From: Actinomycetota bacterium
GTDB lineage: Bacteria > Actinomycetota > Actinomycetes > JAKEEW01
DNA: 64,000 nucleotides
Assembly (NCBI GenBank): GCA_046725875.1
Contig: JBKOZJ010000008.1
Span: 1 to 64,000 of the forward strand
Reading direction: 5' to 3'
Part shown: positions 31,016 through 41,353 of the stretch, piece by piece
Numbering within the stretch: position 1 is the stretch's first letter
Layout of the letters: every line of letters starts with the position of its first letter
Translations under genes and position numbers: made by a program
Notes under the pieces: model-generated
Databases searched by the model: none
Seen by the model: the letters and a program-made list of their open reading frames with translations, nothing else
What the model was told of the DNA's origin: nothing

Positions 31016-32401
31016 TTAGTTGTTACTGTCGTTTCGGCTGCCGAGGGTCACCTCAGCAGTGTGGCTCTCTCCGTCCCTGACGTAGGTGACTGTCACCTTC
31101 ATACCCGCGGCTTCCCCACGCACCGTGGCGACCAGCGCTCCTGCGCTATCGATGGTCTGGTCTCCCACTTTCGTGATGACATCGCCCGTTCGAAGACCCG
31201 CATCGGCAGCGGGACCGCCGCTTTGGACCTGAGCGAGCTCGGCGCCCTCGACATCTCCGGTCGCGTCCTTGACGCTAACGCCGAGAAAGCCTTGGTCGGG
31301 CTGCTGACCCTCGACGAGCTGTTCGGCGATGCGCTTCGCCTGGTCGATCGGGATAGCAAAGCCAACACCGATCGAACCTGTCTGCCCGCCGCCGCCCTGG
31401 GGGAGGCTGGCGATGGCGCTGTTGATGCCGATCACCCTGCCGTTCATGTCGACCAGCGGACCGCCGGAATTACCCGGGTTGATGGACGCGTCGGTCTGGA
31501 TGGCGTTGAACGTCGCGCCTTCCTCCTGCACTCCACCGAACGGAGTGGACGAGGAGCTCGTCTGGACCGGCCGGTTCAGGGCACTGATGATGCCGGAGGT
31601 CACGGTTCCCTGGAGGCCGAGCGGCGAACCGATGGCCACGACCTGCTGACCAACCTCCAGGTTGGCCGATGAACCCAGGGTGGCCGGCTTCAGCCCACTT
31701 ACGCCTTCCGCCTTGATCACGGCAAGGTCCGAGCTCGGATCCCGGCCGAGGGTCTTCGCATCGGCGGTGCGGCCATCGTTGAACTTCACCCGGATCTGGC
31801 CGCCGTCGGCCGCGGCCGCGACGACGTGGTTGTTGGTGAGGATCTGGCCGTCCGAGCTGATGATCACTCCGGAACCCTCAGCAGCCTGGCCGTTGGTGCT
31901 GACCTCGATCGACACCACGCTCGGCAGGACCGCGGCCGCGACCTCGCTGATCGAGCCGCCGGTGTTCGACGAGTCCGAGCCGGAACCACCCGAGACAGGA
32001 TTCCCGCCGAGCGAACTGACTGGCGTCTGCGACGTGCCGTCGTCGTCGAGTGCGTTGGTGATCAGGCTACCGGCGCCACCACCCACCAGTCCTGCGGCGA
32101 GAATCGCCGCGACGATCGCAGCTGAGACCTTGCGCGGCCGGCGTTCCGGCGAACTCGGCGACGGTGAGCGGTCAGCCGGCGGCGGTGGCTCGAAGGCGAA
32201 ACCGAGGGTCGACGGCTCCTCGCCCAGGCCGCCCGTTGGGGTGGGCTGGCTGGGCACCGCAGGCGGCGGTTCTTGCTGGCTCGCAGACGGTGGCGGGCCG
32301 GAGGGCGCCGAGCCTACCGTCGATGCGGATACCCAGCCCTGTGTGCCGGATTTGTCGAGCTCCTCGGTGTCGTTCTCACGTGCGGTCCTTGTCTCGTCCA
32401 T
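31016..32401 (-). CDS. HtrA/PepD-like membrane serine protease with PDZ domain
   Basis: Pro-rich N-terminus, TM, TNNHVV, DLAV, INPGNSGG, PDZ; follows mprAB. Confidence 0.94.
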   Translation of the reverse strand: MDETRTARENDTEELDKSGTQGWVSASTVGSAPSGPPPSASQQEPPPAVPSQPTPTGGLGEEPSTLGFAFEPPPPADRSPSPSSPERRPRKVSAAIVAAILAAGLVGGGAGSLITNALDDDGTSQTPVSSLGGNPVSGGSGSDSSNTGGSISEVAAAVLPSVVSIEVSTNGQAAEGSGVIISSDGQILTNNHVVAAAADGGQIRVKFNDGRTADAKTLGRDPSSDLAVIKAEGVSGLKPATLGSSANLEVGQQVVAIGSPLGLQGTVTSGIISALNRPVQTSSSSTPFGGVQEEGATFNAIQTDASINPGNSGGPLVDMNGRVIGINSAIASLPQGGGGQTGSIGVGFAIPIDQAKRIAEQLVEGQQPDQGFLGVSVKDATGDVEGAELAQVQSGGPAADAGLRTGDVITKVGDQTIDSAGALVATVRGEAAGMKVTVTYVRDGESHTAEVTLGSRNDSNN

Positions 32402-32423
32402 GTCCCTACGGTCTCTCGCGTTC

Positions 32424-32451
32424 CTGAGATGAGCCTGAGATGCCCCCAAGA
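32424..32451 (-). promoter_or_regulatory. MprA box upstream of the htrA/pepD-like gene
   Basis: Minus strand TCTTGG-N5-TCTCAG-N5-TCTCAG; matches the mycobacterial MprA hexamer direct repeat. Confidence 0.8.
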
Positions 32452-32468
32452 AGACAACGAGATCGGGG

Positions 32469-34064
32469 CTACCGATCTGCCGGTAGGCGGAAAGTGATCT
32501 GCGTACCACCTGTCTCCGCGGGCGCCACCTCGACGCTGCCACCGTGCCGCTCCACCACCTGCTTGACGATCGCCAGGCCAAGTCCCGAGCCGGGAAGCCG
32601 GCGGGCGTCGCTGGTGCGATAGAAGCGCTCGAACACATGCGGCAGGTCCGCGTCCGGTATCCCCGGTCCTTGGTCCACAACCCGCAATTCGCCGCCGTCC
32701 AGGTGAACCCGCACGGTGCCGTGCGGGGGGCTCCACTTAGCCGCATTGTCGAGGACGTTCACCACCGCCCGCTCGAGTGCGGTCCCATCGCCGTGAACCT
32801 TCCAAGGCGCGAGCTTCACCTCGAACGTGACGTCCGGCACTCGCCGCTTGATCCGGTCCACCGCACGCTCGCAGACCTCGGCGAAATCCAGCTCCTCGGC
32901 CTGCGCATCTGGTTGGTCGTCTCGGGCCAGCTCCACAAGATCTTGTACGAGAAGGGTCAGCTCCTCGCTTTGCGCCCGTACATCGGCAAGTAGCTCCGCC
33001 CGGTCGGCCGCGGACAGGCCGCCGCGCTCGGAGCTCTGGACGAGGAGGTCAATGTTGGTGCGCAGGCTGGTGAGCGGAGTCCGCAGCTCGTGGCCCGCGT
33101 CGGCGACGAGCTGCTGCTGCCGCTCGCGGGACCCCTTCAAGGCCGCGAGCATTTCGTTGAAGCTGCGCGCGAGCCGCGCCAGCTCGTCTTGCCCGCGCAC
33201 CTCGATCGGTTCGAGCTTCTCGGTTGCTGCCACGTGCTCGGCGGCCGCGGTTAGCCGCTCGACCGGACGCAACCCCGCGCGGGCAATGGCAAGCCCTGCC
33301 CACGCGGCGACACCAACACCGGCTGCCCCCACCAGGAATAGCACCAAGCCGAGGCGGCCAAGGAGATCCTTCGTTGCCTTGAGCGGCTGCGCGAGCACCA
33401 GCGCGATGCCGCCCCCCGGGCTTTCGGCGACCGGAACCGCTACAACGCGATACTCAACGCCGCCTGTTGTCACCGTTCGCAGCGAGTCCGGGGCCCTGCC
33501 TTGTGCAACGGCCAGCTCGGCGTTGCCCATTGGCGGTGCGTACCGGGTGTGGGGGGCCGTCTCACCGGCTGCCGAGATGATGCCGATCCGTACGTCGGCC
33601 GCGCCGAGGAAGCCCGGATCGATCGTCGCCAGCTGAGCGGACGACAGCCCGGCGGCCGCCGCGGCCCTTGCACGCAAGAGAAGGTTGTCGTCGACGCTCG
33701 CATAGAGCTGGCTCCTAACGGTCAGGTACGCGGCGACCGAACTCGCCGCGACGGCGAGGCCGACGGCAAACGCCACCAGGAGGGCGACTCGGGAGCGGAG
33801 GCTTATCCGCCCGAGCCCGTCGCGAAGACGTTCCACGAACGAACCCTCGCCAGTCTGGCTGGATTTGGTCAGGGACTCGGCGTCAGCAGACGACGCCGTG
33901 GCGGCCGTCACGCCAGCGCCCTCTCTCGAATGCGACTCCTCGTCGGCCGCTGCCGCGGGCGCGCCGAAGGGGAACCGGTAGACGCCCGGCAGCCGCAGCC
34001 AGGTGTCGCCGCTCGGCTCGGCGTGCTTTGGCTGGTCGTCGCCACCCGGCTGCTTGATGCTCAT
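32469..34064 (-). CDS. mprB: Sensor histidine kinase, MprB-like
   Basis: 2 [46 protein letters not shown]. Confidence 0.88.
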   Translation of the reverse strand: MSIKQPGGDDQPKHAEPSGDTWLRLPGVYRFPFGAPAAAADEESHSREGAGVTAATASSADAESLTKSSQTGEGSFVERLRDGLGRISLRSRVALLVAFAVGLAVAASSVAAYLTVRSQLYASVDDNLLLRARAAAAAGLSSAQLATIDPGFLGAADVRIGIISAAGETAPHTRYAPPMGNAELAVAQGRAPDSLRTVTTGGVEYRVVAVPVAESPGGGIALVLAQPLKATKDLLGRLGLVLFLVGAAGVGVAAWAGLAIARAGLRPVERLTAAAEHVAATEKLEPIEVRGQDELARLARSFNEMLAALKGSRERQQQLVADAGHELRTPLTSLRTNIDLLVQSSERGGLSAADRAELLADVRAQSEELTLLVQDLVELARDDQPDAQAEELDFAEVCERAVDRIKRRVPDVTFEVKLAPWKVHGDGTALERAVVNVLDNAAKWSPPHGTVRVHLDGGELRVVDQGPGIPDADLPHVFERFYRTSDARRLPGSGLGLAIVKQVVERHGGSVEVAPAETGGTQITFRLPADR

Positions 34065-34744
34065 AGCGGCGCCCCCCGCAGCGTGTAGCCGACGCCGCGG
34101 ACGGTGTGGATTAGCCGTGGCTCATCCTCTTGCTCGGTCTTCCTGCGCAGGTAGCCGACGTAGACCTCGAGCGAGTTAGCGGTGGACGGGAAGTCGTACC
34201 CCCACACCTCGTTGAGGATCTGCCCGCGGGTCAAGACCTGGCGTGGATGGAGCATCAGCAGCTCGAGCAGGCTGAACTCCGTCCTGGTGAGGCTGATCGG
34301 CCGGTCGCCGCGGCGCACCTCGCGGGTCACCGGGTCGAGCGTGAGGTCGGCGAACGAAAGCTTGGTCGCCTCGCCGGTGTCCCGCTGGGTGCGCCGGAGC
34401 AGGGCGCGCAGCCGGGCCAGCAGCTCCTCCAGGGCGAACGGCTTGGGTAGGTAGTCGTCGGCGCCGACATCGAGGCCGGCCACCCGGTCCGCGACCGCGT
34501 CCCGGGCGGTGAGCATCAACACGGGCAGGTCCTCACCGGCAGAGCGGAGCCGACGGCAGGTCTCCAGGCCGTCCAACCGGGGCATCATCACGTCAAGCAC
34601 GACGGCGTCGGGCCGCTTCGCGTTGATCGCGTTCAGCGCTTCGAATCCGTCCACCGCGAGGTCGACGTCGTAGCCATTGAACGCCAGGGAGCGGCGCAGC
34701 GACTCGCGTACCGCTTGATCATCGTCGACTACCAGAACCCGCAC
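34061..34744 (-). CDS. mprA: OmpR-family response regulator, MprA-like
   Basis: [46 protein letters not shown]. Confidence 0.9.
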   Translation of the reverse strand: MRVLVVDDDQAVRESLRRSLAFNGYDVDLAVDGFEALNAINAKRPDAVVLDVMMPRLDGLETCRRLRSAGEDLPVLMLTARDAVADRVAGLDVGADDYLPKPFALEELLARLRALLRRTQRDTGEATKLSFADLTLDPVTREVRRGDRPISLTRTEFSLLELLMLHPRQVLTRGQILNEVWGYDFPSTANSLEVYVGYLRRKTEQEDEPRLIHTVRGVGYTLRGAPL

Positions 34745-34767
34745 GTCACCCAGTGTGACCGCTGACC

Positions 34768-34784
34768 CTGAACAGATCCTGAGA
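34768..34784 (-). promoter_or_regulatory. MprA box upstream of mprA (autoregulation)
   Basis: Minus strand TCTCAG-N5-GTTCAG upstream of a CACACT -10 and a leaderless GTG. Confidence 0.65.
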
Positions 34785-34836
34785 GTCCGCCCAAACCTCT
34801 CCGAGGAAGCGGGCGGGCCATCGACCTAACAATCCA

Positions 34837-36027
34837 TCAACGCGCACCAAGGGCCTGTTCGAGGTCCGCGATCAGGTCCTCGACCGATTCGATGCCCACG
34901 GAAAGCCGTACAAGATCGGCCGGCACCTCCAGGGGCGAGCCAACGGCCGAGGCGTGTGTCATCCGGCCCGGGTGCTCGATCAGCGATTCGACCCCACCCA
35001 GCGACTCGGCCAGCGTGAACAGCCGGGCGCGATTGCAGACCTCGATCGCGGCCGCTTCGCCGTCCTTGTGCCGGAAGGACACCATGCCGCCGAACGCTCG
35101 CATCTGCTTCAGCGCCACCTCGTGGCCTGGATGGGTCGGCAGCCCCGGATAGAGAACCCGGGCCACCCTGGGATGCGCCACCAGCATCTGCGCGAGCAGC
35201 TCGGCGTTACGGCAGTGCCGGTCCATTCGGATGCCAAGGGTGCGGGCGCCACGAAGGGTCAGCCACGCATCGAACGGGCCGGCAACCGCACCCATCGCGT
35301 TTTGGTGGAAGGCGAGCCGGTCGCCGAGCTCGTCGTCATACGTGACGAGGGCGCCGCCGACCACGTCGGAGTGGCCACCGATGTACTTGGTGGTCGAGTG
35401 CACGACCACGTCGGCGCCCAGCACGAGCGGCTGCTGGAGGTAGGGCGTGGCGAACGTATTGTCAACCACGAGCATTGCACCGGCGTCGTGCGCGGCCTCC
35501 GCCAGGGCAGCGATGTCCGCGATGGCAAGCAGCGGGTTCGTGGGCGTCTCGACCCAGACCGCCCGTGTCTGGCCGGGGCGAACTGCCTTCCGCGCCGCAT
35601 CGATGTCCCCGACCTCCACCGCGGTGTACTCCAGACCCCAGCGCTCGTACACCTTGCTGAACAGGCGGTATGTCCCACCGTATGCATCGTCGGGGATCAC
35701 TACATGGTCGCCCGGCTCCGTGATCGCGCGCAACAGCGTGTCCTCGGCGGCTATGCCGGACGCGAAGGCGAGCCCACGGCGGCCCTGCTCGAGTGCGGCC
35801 AGGCACTGCTCGAGGGCGGACCGAGTCGGGTTGGCCGTCCGGCTGTACTCGTAGCCGCCCCGCACACCGCCGACCCCATCCTGCTTGTACGTCGAGGTCG
35901 CATAGATCGGCGGGACGACCGCGCCGGTCGCCTGATCCGGGTCTTGCCCGGCGTGGATCGCCAGCGTGTCGAATCCCTGCCTCGGCTGGGTCTCCGCCGG
36001 GCGATGGCTGTCCTGCTGCTCGGTCAT
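34837..36027 (-). CDS. metB: Cystathionine gamma-synthase/gamma-lyase
   Basis: YEYSRTANPTR, YGGTYR, ETPTNP, DNTFATP, HSTTKYIGGHSD, AESLGGVESL. Confidence 0.92.
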   Translation of the reverse strand: MTEQQDSHRPAETQPRQGFDTLAIHAGQDPDQATGAVVPPIYATSTYKQDGVGGVRGGYEYSRTANPTRSALEQCLAALEQGRRGLAFASGIAAEDTLLRAITEPGDHVVIPDDAYGGTYRLFSKVYERWGLEYTAVEVGDIDAARKAVRPGQTRAVWVETPTNPLLAIADIAALAEAAHDAGAMLVVDNTFATPYLQQPLVLGADVVVHSTTKYIGGHSDVVGGALVTYDDELGDRLAFHQNAMGAVAGPFDAWLTLRGARTLGIRMDRHCRNAELLAQMLVAHPRVARVLYPGLPTHPGHEVALKQMRAFGGMVSFRHKDGEAAAIEVCNRARLFTLAESLGGVESLIEHPGRMTHASAVGSPLEVPADLVRLSVGIESVEDLIADLEQALGAR

Positions 36028-36128
36028 AGTCCCCGACACTAGCGACACCCGCGCGGCATCTTCTTGAGCATGATCCGGGATGGAACAATTCTGCCGACCC
36101 GCGGTATCGCTGGAGCGGAGGTTCCTGC

Positions 36129-36785
36129 ATGTTCATCCGCCAAAGGACACATATGCCGGGGCCCGGCGAGGCCCTGCCCGGCCGCCCAGTCCGCCCGTTC
36201 CCCGTGCCGGTCCGCCATGCCGTTCTGGGAACGCCGCTGGAGGGCCCGTATCCACCCGACCTGGCAGTCGTCTACTTCGGCCTCGGCTGTTTTTGGGGCG
36301 CCGAAAGGCTGTTCTGGCAGACACCGGGTGTGTGGTCGACCGCGGTCGGCTACGCAGGTGGCTCGACCCCCAACCCGACCTACGAGGAGGTCTGCACCGG
36401 CCTCACCGGACACGCCGAGGTTGTCCAGGTGGTATACGACCCGTCCCGGATCTCGTCCGAAGTGCTGCTAAAGATCTTCTGGGAGAACCACGACCCCACA
36501 CAGGGCTACCGTCAGGGCAACGACGTCGGCACCCAGTACCGCTCGGCCATCTTCGTCACATCAGACGACCAGCGAGAGGCCGCCGATGCATCGCTCGTCG
36601 CTTACCAGAAGGGCCTCGACGAGGCTGGCTTTGGGGCGATCACCACCGAGGTGGAGCCGGCGGGTGAGTTCTACTTCGCCGAGGACTATCACCAGCAGTA
36701 TCTGCACGAGATGCCCAACGGCTACTGCGGGATTGCCGGCACTGGCGTATCGTGCCCCGTCGACCTCGGCAAGCCGGCCGATTAA
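36129..36785 (+). CDS. msrA: Peptide-methionine (S)-S-oxide reductase
   Basis: [40 protein letters not shown]. Confidence 0.96.
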   Translation: MFIRQRTHMPGPGEALPGRPVRPFPVPVRHAVLGTPLEGPYPPDLAVVYFGLGCFWGAERLFWQTPGVWSTAVGYAGGSTPNPTYEEVCTGLTGHAEVVQVVYDPSRISSEVLLKIFWENHDPTQGYRQGNDVGTQYRSAIFVTSDDQREAADASLVAYQKGLDEAGFGAITTEVEPAGEFYFAEDYHQQYLHEMPNGYCGIAGTGVSCPVDLGKPAD

Positions 36786-36818
36786 ACCGAGCACATTGTC
36801 GCCTGAGGCGTGATGTGG

Positions 36819-37763
36819 TCACTGCTCGAACAGGACGCTGACCGACTCCCGGCTGTCGATTCGCTTAATCGCCTCGGCGAACAGTGGTGCCACCGAGACC
36901 ACGTGCACTTTCGGCGACAGCCTCACTGGCTGGTTCTCGACCGTGTCGGTCACCAGGAGTGACTCGATCGGGCTGGCGTCAAGGCGGTGCATCGACTTCC
37001 CGGTGAAGACACCGTGCGTGACCGCCGCTCGCACGGACCTCGCACCGCGACGGGTCAGGCAGTCGGCGACCTCGGCCAATGTGCCGGCCGTGAGCGTGAA
37101 GTCGTCGACGATGACTGCATGCCGCCCGGCGACATCACCCATGAGATCGATCACGCGAGCGTTCTCACTGTGGCCGATCCGCTCCTTGTCCGCGATGGCG
37201 AGGGGTGCCTTCAGCCGGCTCGCATACTTCCGCGCCTTCTTCGCAAATCCAGCATCGGGCGACACTACGACGAGATCATCAATTCCGCCTGCGGCGATCT
37301 CGGCGCCGAGGACCGGCAGCGCGTAGAGGTCGTCGACCGGAACGTCGAAGAAGCCTTGGATCTGCGGTGCGTGCAGATCCATCGTGACGACGCGGTCGAC
37401 GCCGGCTAGCTGGATCGCCTGTGCGCAGACGCGAGCCCGGATGGGGACCCGCGGTTCGTCCTTCTTGTCGCCCTTCGCATAGCTGAAGTATGGAATCAGC
37501 GCGGTGACCGAGGCCGCGCTCGCCCGCTTGAAGGCGTCGACCCAGAACAGCAACTCGACGAAGTTGTCGTTGGCCGGAAAGACGGTCGACTGGATGAGGT
37601 ACACATCGCGGCCCCGGACGTTCTGCCTGATTTTCGGGAAGAGGTTGCCATCCGAGAACCGGATGACCTCGCTCTGGCCCGACACGACACCCAGGTAGTC
37701 ACAGATCCGGGCGGAGAGCCGCCGACTCGCAGACCCGCCGAAAACGAGGAGATCGTCGTTCAT
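36819..37763 (-). CDS. Ribose-phosphate pyrophosphokinase family protein (divergent paralog)
   Basis: FSDG, VRGRDV, DLHAPQIQGFF, VSPDAG, IVDD..TAGT, THGVF; some canonical residues altered. Confidence 0.88.
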   Translation of the reverse strand: MNDDLLVFGGSASRRLSARICDYLGVVSGQSEVIRFSDGNLFPKIRQNVRGRDVYLIQSTVFPANDNFVELLFWVDAFKRASAASVTALIPYFSYAKGDKKDEPRVPIRARVCAQAIQLAGVDRVVTMDLHAPQIQGFFDVPVDDLYALPVLGAEIAAGGIDDLVVVSPDAGFAKKARKYASRLKAPLAIADKERIGHSENARVIDLMGDVAGRHAVIVDDFTLTAGTLAEVADCLTRRGARSVRAAVTHGVFTGKSMHRLDASPIESLLVTDTVENQPVRLSPKVHVVSVAPLFAEAIKRIDSRESVSVLFEQ

Positions 37764-37834
37764 CGCTGACCTGCCGCATCTCGCCGGATTCGCCGGAGCC
37801 ATCCTCGCACCTGGGAGGCGACCACGCAGGCCGC

Positions 37835-38827
37835 TCACGCTGGGATGCGAAGCCACGCGGTCGACTCGGCGCCGGGTTCGTAAGGGGAGTCGACGCGCTT
37901 CGCGACGACTCCCGGGAGGTTTTGTTCGCGCGCCGCGGCGCGCACTGCCCCGCCGTCACCCCGAAACCAGGGCGCGACCTGCCAGTGCGGCCCGCGGAGA
38001 GCGAGCTCGTCGAGAAGCGCCCGGCGCTTCTCGTACGGCAGATCCATGGTGGATCGGCCATCCAGATGGAGGACGTCGTAGATCACATAGGTCTGCACAC
38101 CAGCCGGTCTGGCGATCTCACCGTCGAGCAGGGCCTGACGGCTCCCGAGCTCCGGACCGAGCCCGCGTAGCTCCCGGTCCGCCTCGGTCACATCCTCGCC
38201 GTCCGCGTCGCGCAGCACCGCCCGGCCCCCGGAGATGTACGCGAGGAGGCGAGTCCCGGCCCAGTCGAACTCGAAACCGTACTGGTCCTGGTGGGCGGGC
38301 AACCGGTGGCGCGACACCGGGCGCATCGGCTCGACCAGATCGGGGAGCGGCTCCCAGCCCGCCACCCGCGGGTCCATCCGGTGGATCATCCAGTTTTCGC
38401 CGTCGGTCTGGAAGAGCACATACCGACCGGAGACGCGAGAGCCGGAGAGAACGACCTTGACCTCGCGGTCGGTCCACTTCTCGGTCTCGTAGGTGCCGCG
38501 GTCCCAGATGTCGACCCGCCCGCCGCCGTATTCACCACGCGGGATCTCGCCAGCGAAGGTGGCGTACTCGATCGGATGGTCCTCGGTGTGGACCGCGAGA
38601 TGGTTGGTCTCCGGGCCGAGTGGGATGCCGCGCGGGATCGCCCAGGAGACGAGGACGCCGTCGCGCTCCAGCCGGAAATCCCAGTGGAGCCGCCGGGCGT
38701 GATGCTCCTGGATCACAAAGGTGTCGTCGTGCCCGGCGGGCAGCGGTCCCGCCGGCGGCACCGGCTCCGGTGTGCGCTCCCTGCTCCGCTTGCTCCGGTA
38801 CTTCCCCAGCTTGTCGGACCGCGCCAC
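37835..38827 (-). CDS. LigD 3'-phosphoesterase domain fused to a degenerate ATP-dependent ligase domain
   Basis: TPEP, FVIQEHHARRLHWDFRLE, TEDHPIEY, YGGG; ligase motif I reads EFDWAG; no OB domain. Confidence 0.88.
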   Translation of the reverse strand: MARSDKLGKYRSKRSRERTPEPVPPAGPLPAGHDDTFVIQEHHARRLHWDFRLERDGVLVSWAIPRGIPLGPETNHLAVHTEDHPIEYATFAGEIPRGEYGGGRVDIWDRGTYETEKWTDREVKVVLSGSRVSGRYVLFQTDGENWMIHRMDPRVAGWEPLPDLVEPMRPVSRHRLPAHQDQYGFEFDWAGTRLLAYISGGRAVLRDADGEDVTEADRELRGLGPELGSRQALLDGEIARPAGVQTYVIYDVLHLDGRSTMDLPYEKRRALLDELALRGPHWQVAPWFRGDGGAVRAAAREQNLPGVVAKRVDSPYEPGAESTAWLRIPA

Positions 38828-39016
38828 ACGCTCCTCCGTACCCGGAAATCCCAACGTTGAGGCCAGCGGCTCGGAACAGGCAGATCACGTCGAGCAGTGT
38901 CCACCGAACGATCCTCGCCGGCCCGAGCGGGGCAGCGGACGGAGGGTTCGGCGATCCAATCGCGTTGGCTCACGGCCACCTGTCCCGCGCGCCAGGCGCA
39001 ACCTATCGTGGACGAC

Positions 39017-39280
39017 ATGGGAGAAACGCCGTGTGAGCACGTCGTCGGACTCGAGCCGGTCGAGCCGCTAACGCCGGAGGGCTGCGCCGAATGTCTCGCG
39101 ACTGGCGACTGGTGGGTCCACCTCCGGCTCTGCCTGGTGTGCGGGCATGTAGGGTGCTGCGATTCCTCACCCAATCGGCATGCGACGGCCCACTTCAAGG
39201 ACACCGGGCATCCGGTAATACGGTCCTTCGAACCGGGCGAGGACTGGCGGTGGTGTTACATCGACGACCGGATGGTGTGA
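39017..39280 (+). CDS. UBP-type zinc finger protein
   Basis: C.H, C.EC, WVHLRLCLVCGHVGCCDSSPNRHA.AH, EPGE.W.WCY.D. Confidence 0.92.
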   Translation: MGETPCEHVVGLEPVEPLTPEGCAECLATGDWWVHLRLCLVCGHVGCCDSSPNRHATAHFKDTGHPVIRSFEPGEDWRWCYIDDRMV

Positions 39281-39297
39281 CCACCGCCCCACGGGCG

Positions 39298-41061
39298 CTA
39301 TGTTGCGCCGGCTTGTTGCCGCTTCGGCAGGCCGGATTGCTGCTCCGGGGTCGCAGCGAGCCGGAGCAGTCGGCGGAGCACTGAGCCGTTGCGGGTCCGC
39401 GGCAGGCCCGTCACCAGGCGTACTTCCCGGGGGATCATGTACGGGGGCAGGTAGCGTGCACAGGTCTGCCGCACACCATCGGCGCTAACGGTGGCAGCAG
39501 GCGCTGGCACCACGCTAACGGACAACGCCTGCCCGGCATGGCCATCCGGAACTCCCACGACTGCGCAGTCCGCGACGCCCGGATGGCGCCGAACCGCCCA
39601 CTCGACCTCCGCGGGAAAGACCACGTAGCCGCTGGTCACCACCATGTCGCTCTTCCGGTCGATGATCGTCACATAGCCGTCCGGGCTCATAACCGCAATG
39701 TCACCGGTCAGCAGCCAGCCACCCCTGAATGCGGCGGCGGTGTCAACCTGCCGGTTCCAATAGCCTCGGCACACCTGAGGGCCACGGATCGCCAGCTCCC
39801 CGGCCGAGCCCACCGGCACGACTTGCCCGGGGTCCCGGTCATCGACGATCCTGACCTCGGTTGCGGGCAGCGGGATGCCGGCCGTACCCGGGCGGGCATT
39901 CGCATTCAGCGGGTTTGCGAGCGCCACCCCGCAGGCCTCGGCCAGGCCGTAGGCCTCCGCGGCGCGAATCCCGGCGATTCGCCGCACATCGACCGCGACG
40001 CTCTCCGGCAGCCCGTGCCCGAACGACAGCGACGTCCGGACCGTCCGTAGGGCACGGCGAGCCTTAGAGCGCCGGCCCCAGGCCACGATCCGCTCGTATG
40101 TCTCGGGGGTCGCCGGCATGGTCGACGGCCCCCAGTCTCGGGCAAAGCGCGTCATGAACTCCGGGTCGTCGGTGGGGCTGAGCACGAGCGTGCTGGCCGC
40201 AAAGATCCCACCGACCAGGCCGAGGACGAGGCCGTGCGGGGTATGGAGTGGTGTGGCGAGGAGCGTCGCCTCCGCGCCCCGCTCGATATAGGGATCCCAC
40301 AGCGCGGCTTGGCATGCCGCCATGACGAGGTTCTGGTGGGTGAGCATGGCGGCCCGTGCGCGGCCGGTCGTGCCGGCCGTGTAGCTGAGTACGGCGAGAT
40401 CACGCTGAGCGTCTATGACGGCGCCCGGGACCGGGCCCGGCGATCCCTCGAGGAGCGCACCGAACGAGAGAACGCCTGGATCGGCCGGAGCCGTCCGCGG
40501 CCCAACCACCCGCCGCAGCCGGCGGCACCGGGGCAGCGGTAGGCCCAGCCGCACGCGGAGCCCGACCGAGGCGCACTCGGCGAGTGTCGTGACCACCACG
40601 CGGCCCGGGTCTGCACCGCGGGTCATGGCGCCGGCCAAGCCCTCGTACGACCGGGCAAGCGACATCGTGAGCCGCGGGCTGCAGTCGAGCAGCCGCTCCC
40701 GCAGCGCGTCCTGGCCGAGGTCGGGGTCGAGCGGAACGACGACGGCGCCGAGCTGGAGGGCCGCGAAGAAGGCGATGACGAACTGCGGGCAGTTCGGCAG
40801 CACGAGCGCGATCCGATCGCCACGCCTGATCCCGAGCTCGGTGAGTGACCCGGCGAACAGGTCCACGGACTCGGCGAGCCGGCGATAGCTCGTGGTGCGT
40901 CCGAGAAACGTGAGCGCCGGGACTCTGCCGAAGTCGCGCGCCGCCTCCTCGAGCAGGGCGGTAAGCGGCAGTGGCGGGACGTCCACGCCGACCGGCACCC
41001 CCGGCGGGTAGAAGCGCAGCCACGGCCGTGCGTCGTACGCCGCGGAACGCACGATCCGCAT
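39298..41061 (-). CDS. AMP-binding (long-chain acyl-CoA synthetase-like) protein with degenerate catalytic motifs
   Basis: PWL..YP, GDR.A..LPNCPQ, YTAGTTG, YGLAE, GEL..RGPQV..GYW, TGD, DRK.DM; A10 motif reads NGSVLRR. Confidence 0.85.
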   Translation of the reverse strand: MRIVRSAAYDARPWLRFYPPGVPVGVDVPPLPLTALLEEAARDFGRVPALTFLGRTTSYRRLAESVDLFAGSLTELGIRRGDRIALVLPNCPQFVIAFFAALQLGAVVVPLDPDLGQDALRERLLDCSPRLTMSLARSYEGLAGAMTRGADPGRVVVTTLAECASVGLRVRLGLPLPRCRRLRRVVGPRTAPADPGVLSFGALLEGSPGPVPGAVIDAQRDLAVLSYTAGTTGRARAAMLTHQNLVMAACQAALWDPYIERGAEATLLATPLHTPHGLVLGLVGGIFAASTLVLSPTDDPEFMTRFARDWGPSTMPATPETYERIVAWGRRSKARRALRTVRTSLSFGHGLPESVAVDVRRIAGIRAAEAYGLAEACGVALANPLNANARPGTAGIPLPATEVRIVDDRDPGQVVPVGSAGELAIRGPQVCRGYWNRQVDTAAAFRGGWLLTGDIAVMSPDGYVTIIDRKSDMVVTSGYVVFPAEVEWAVRRHPGVADCAVVGVPDGHAGQALSVSVVPAPAATVSADGVRQTCARYLPPYMIPREVRLVTGLPRTRNGSVLRRLLRLAATPEQQSGLPKRQQAGAT

Positions 41062-41353
41062 TATGAAGCGTATCCGCAGGTTACGCGCGAGTTACTACGC
41101 CACCGATCCGCCCGGTCACGGAAAGCGACTCCAAGAGAGTAGCGAAGTTTTGAAGACCACCACCCGGCAGGTTGAGCTTGCGTCAGACGATCCCCCGGGA
41201 GCTGCGATCAAGCACCAGCCGTTCCAGTCGCTTCAGCAGCGCGGCGCCGACGGGTACGTCGACAACAGCACTCGTGTCTGGTGCTGGCGTCCTGAGGTGT
41301 TGGCGTCCGCCTAGTTGACGGCTGCTCCGGGCGGCAGGGCGCTTCCTGCCCGC

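Noticed and set aside
41063..41314. 83-aa ORF between the AMP-binding gene and cbs
   Set aside because: No RBS, atypical codon usage, overlaps the likely promoter region
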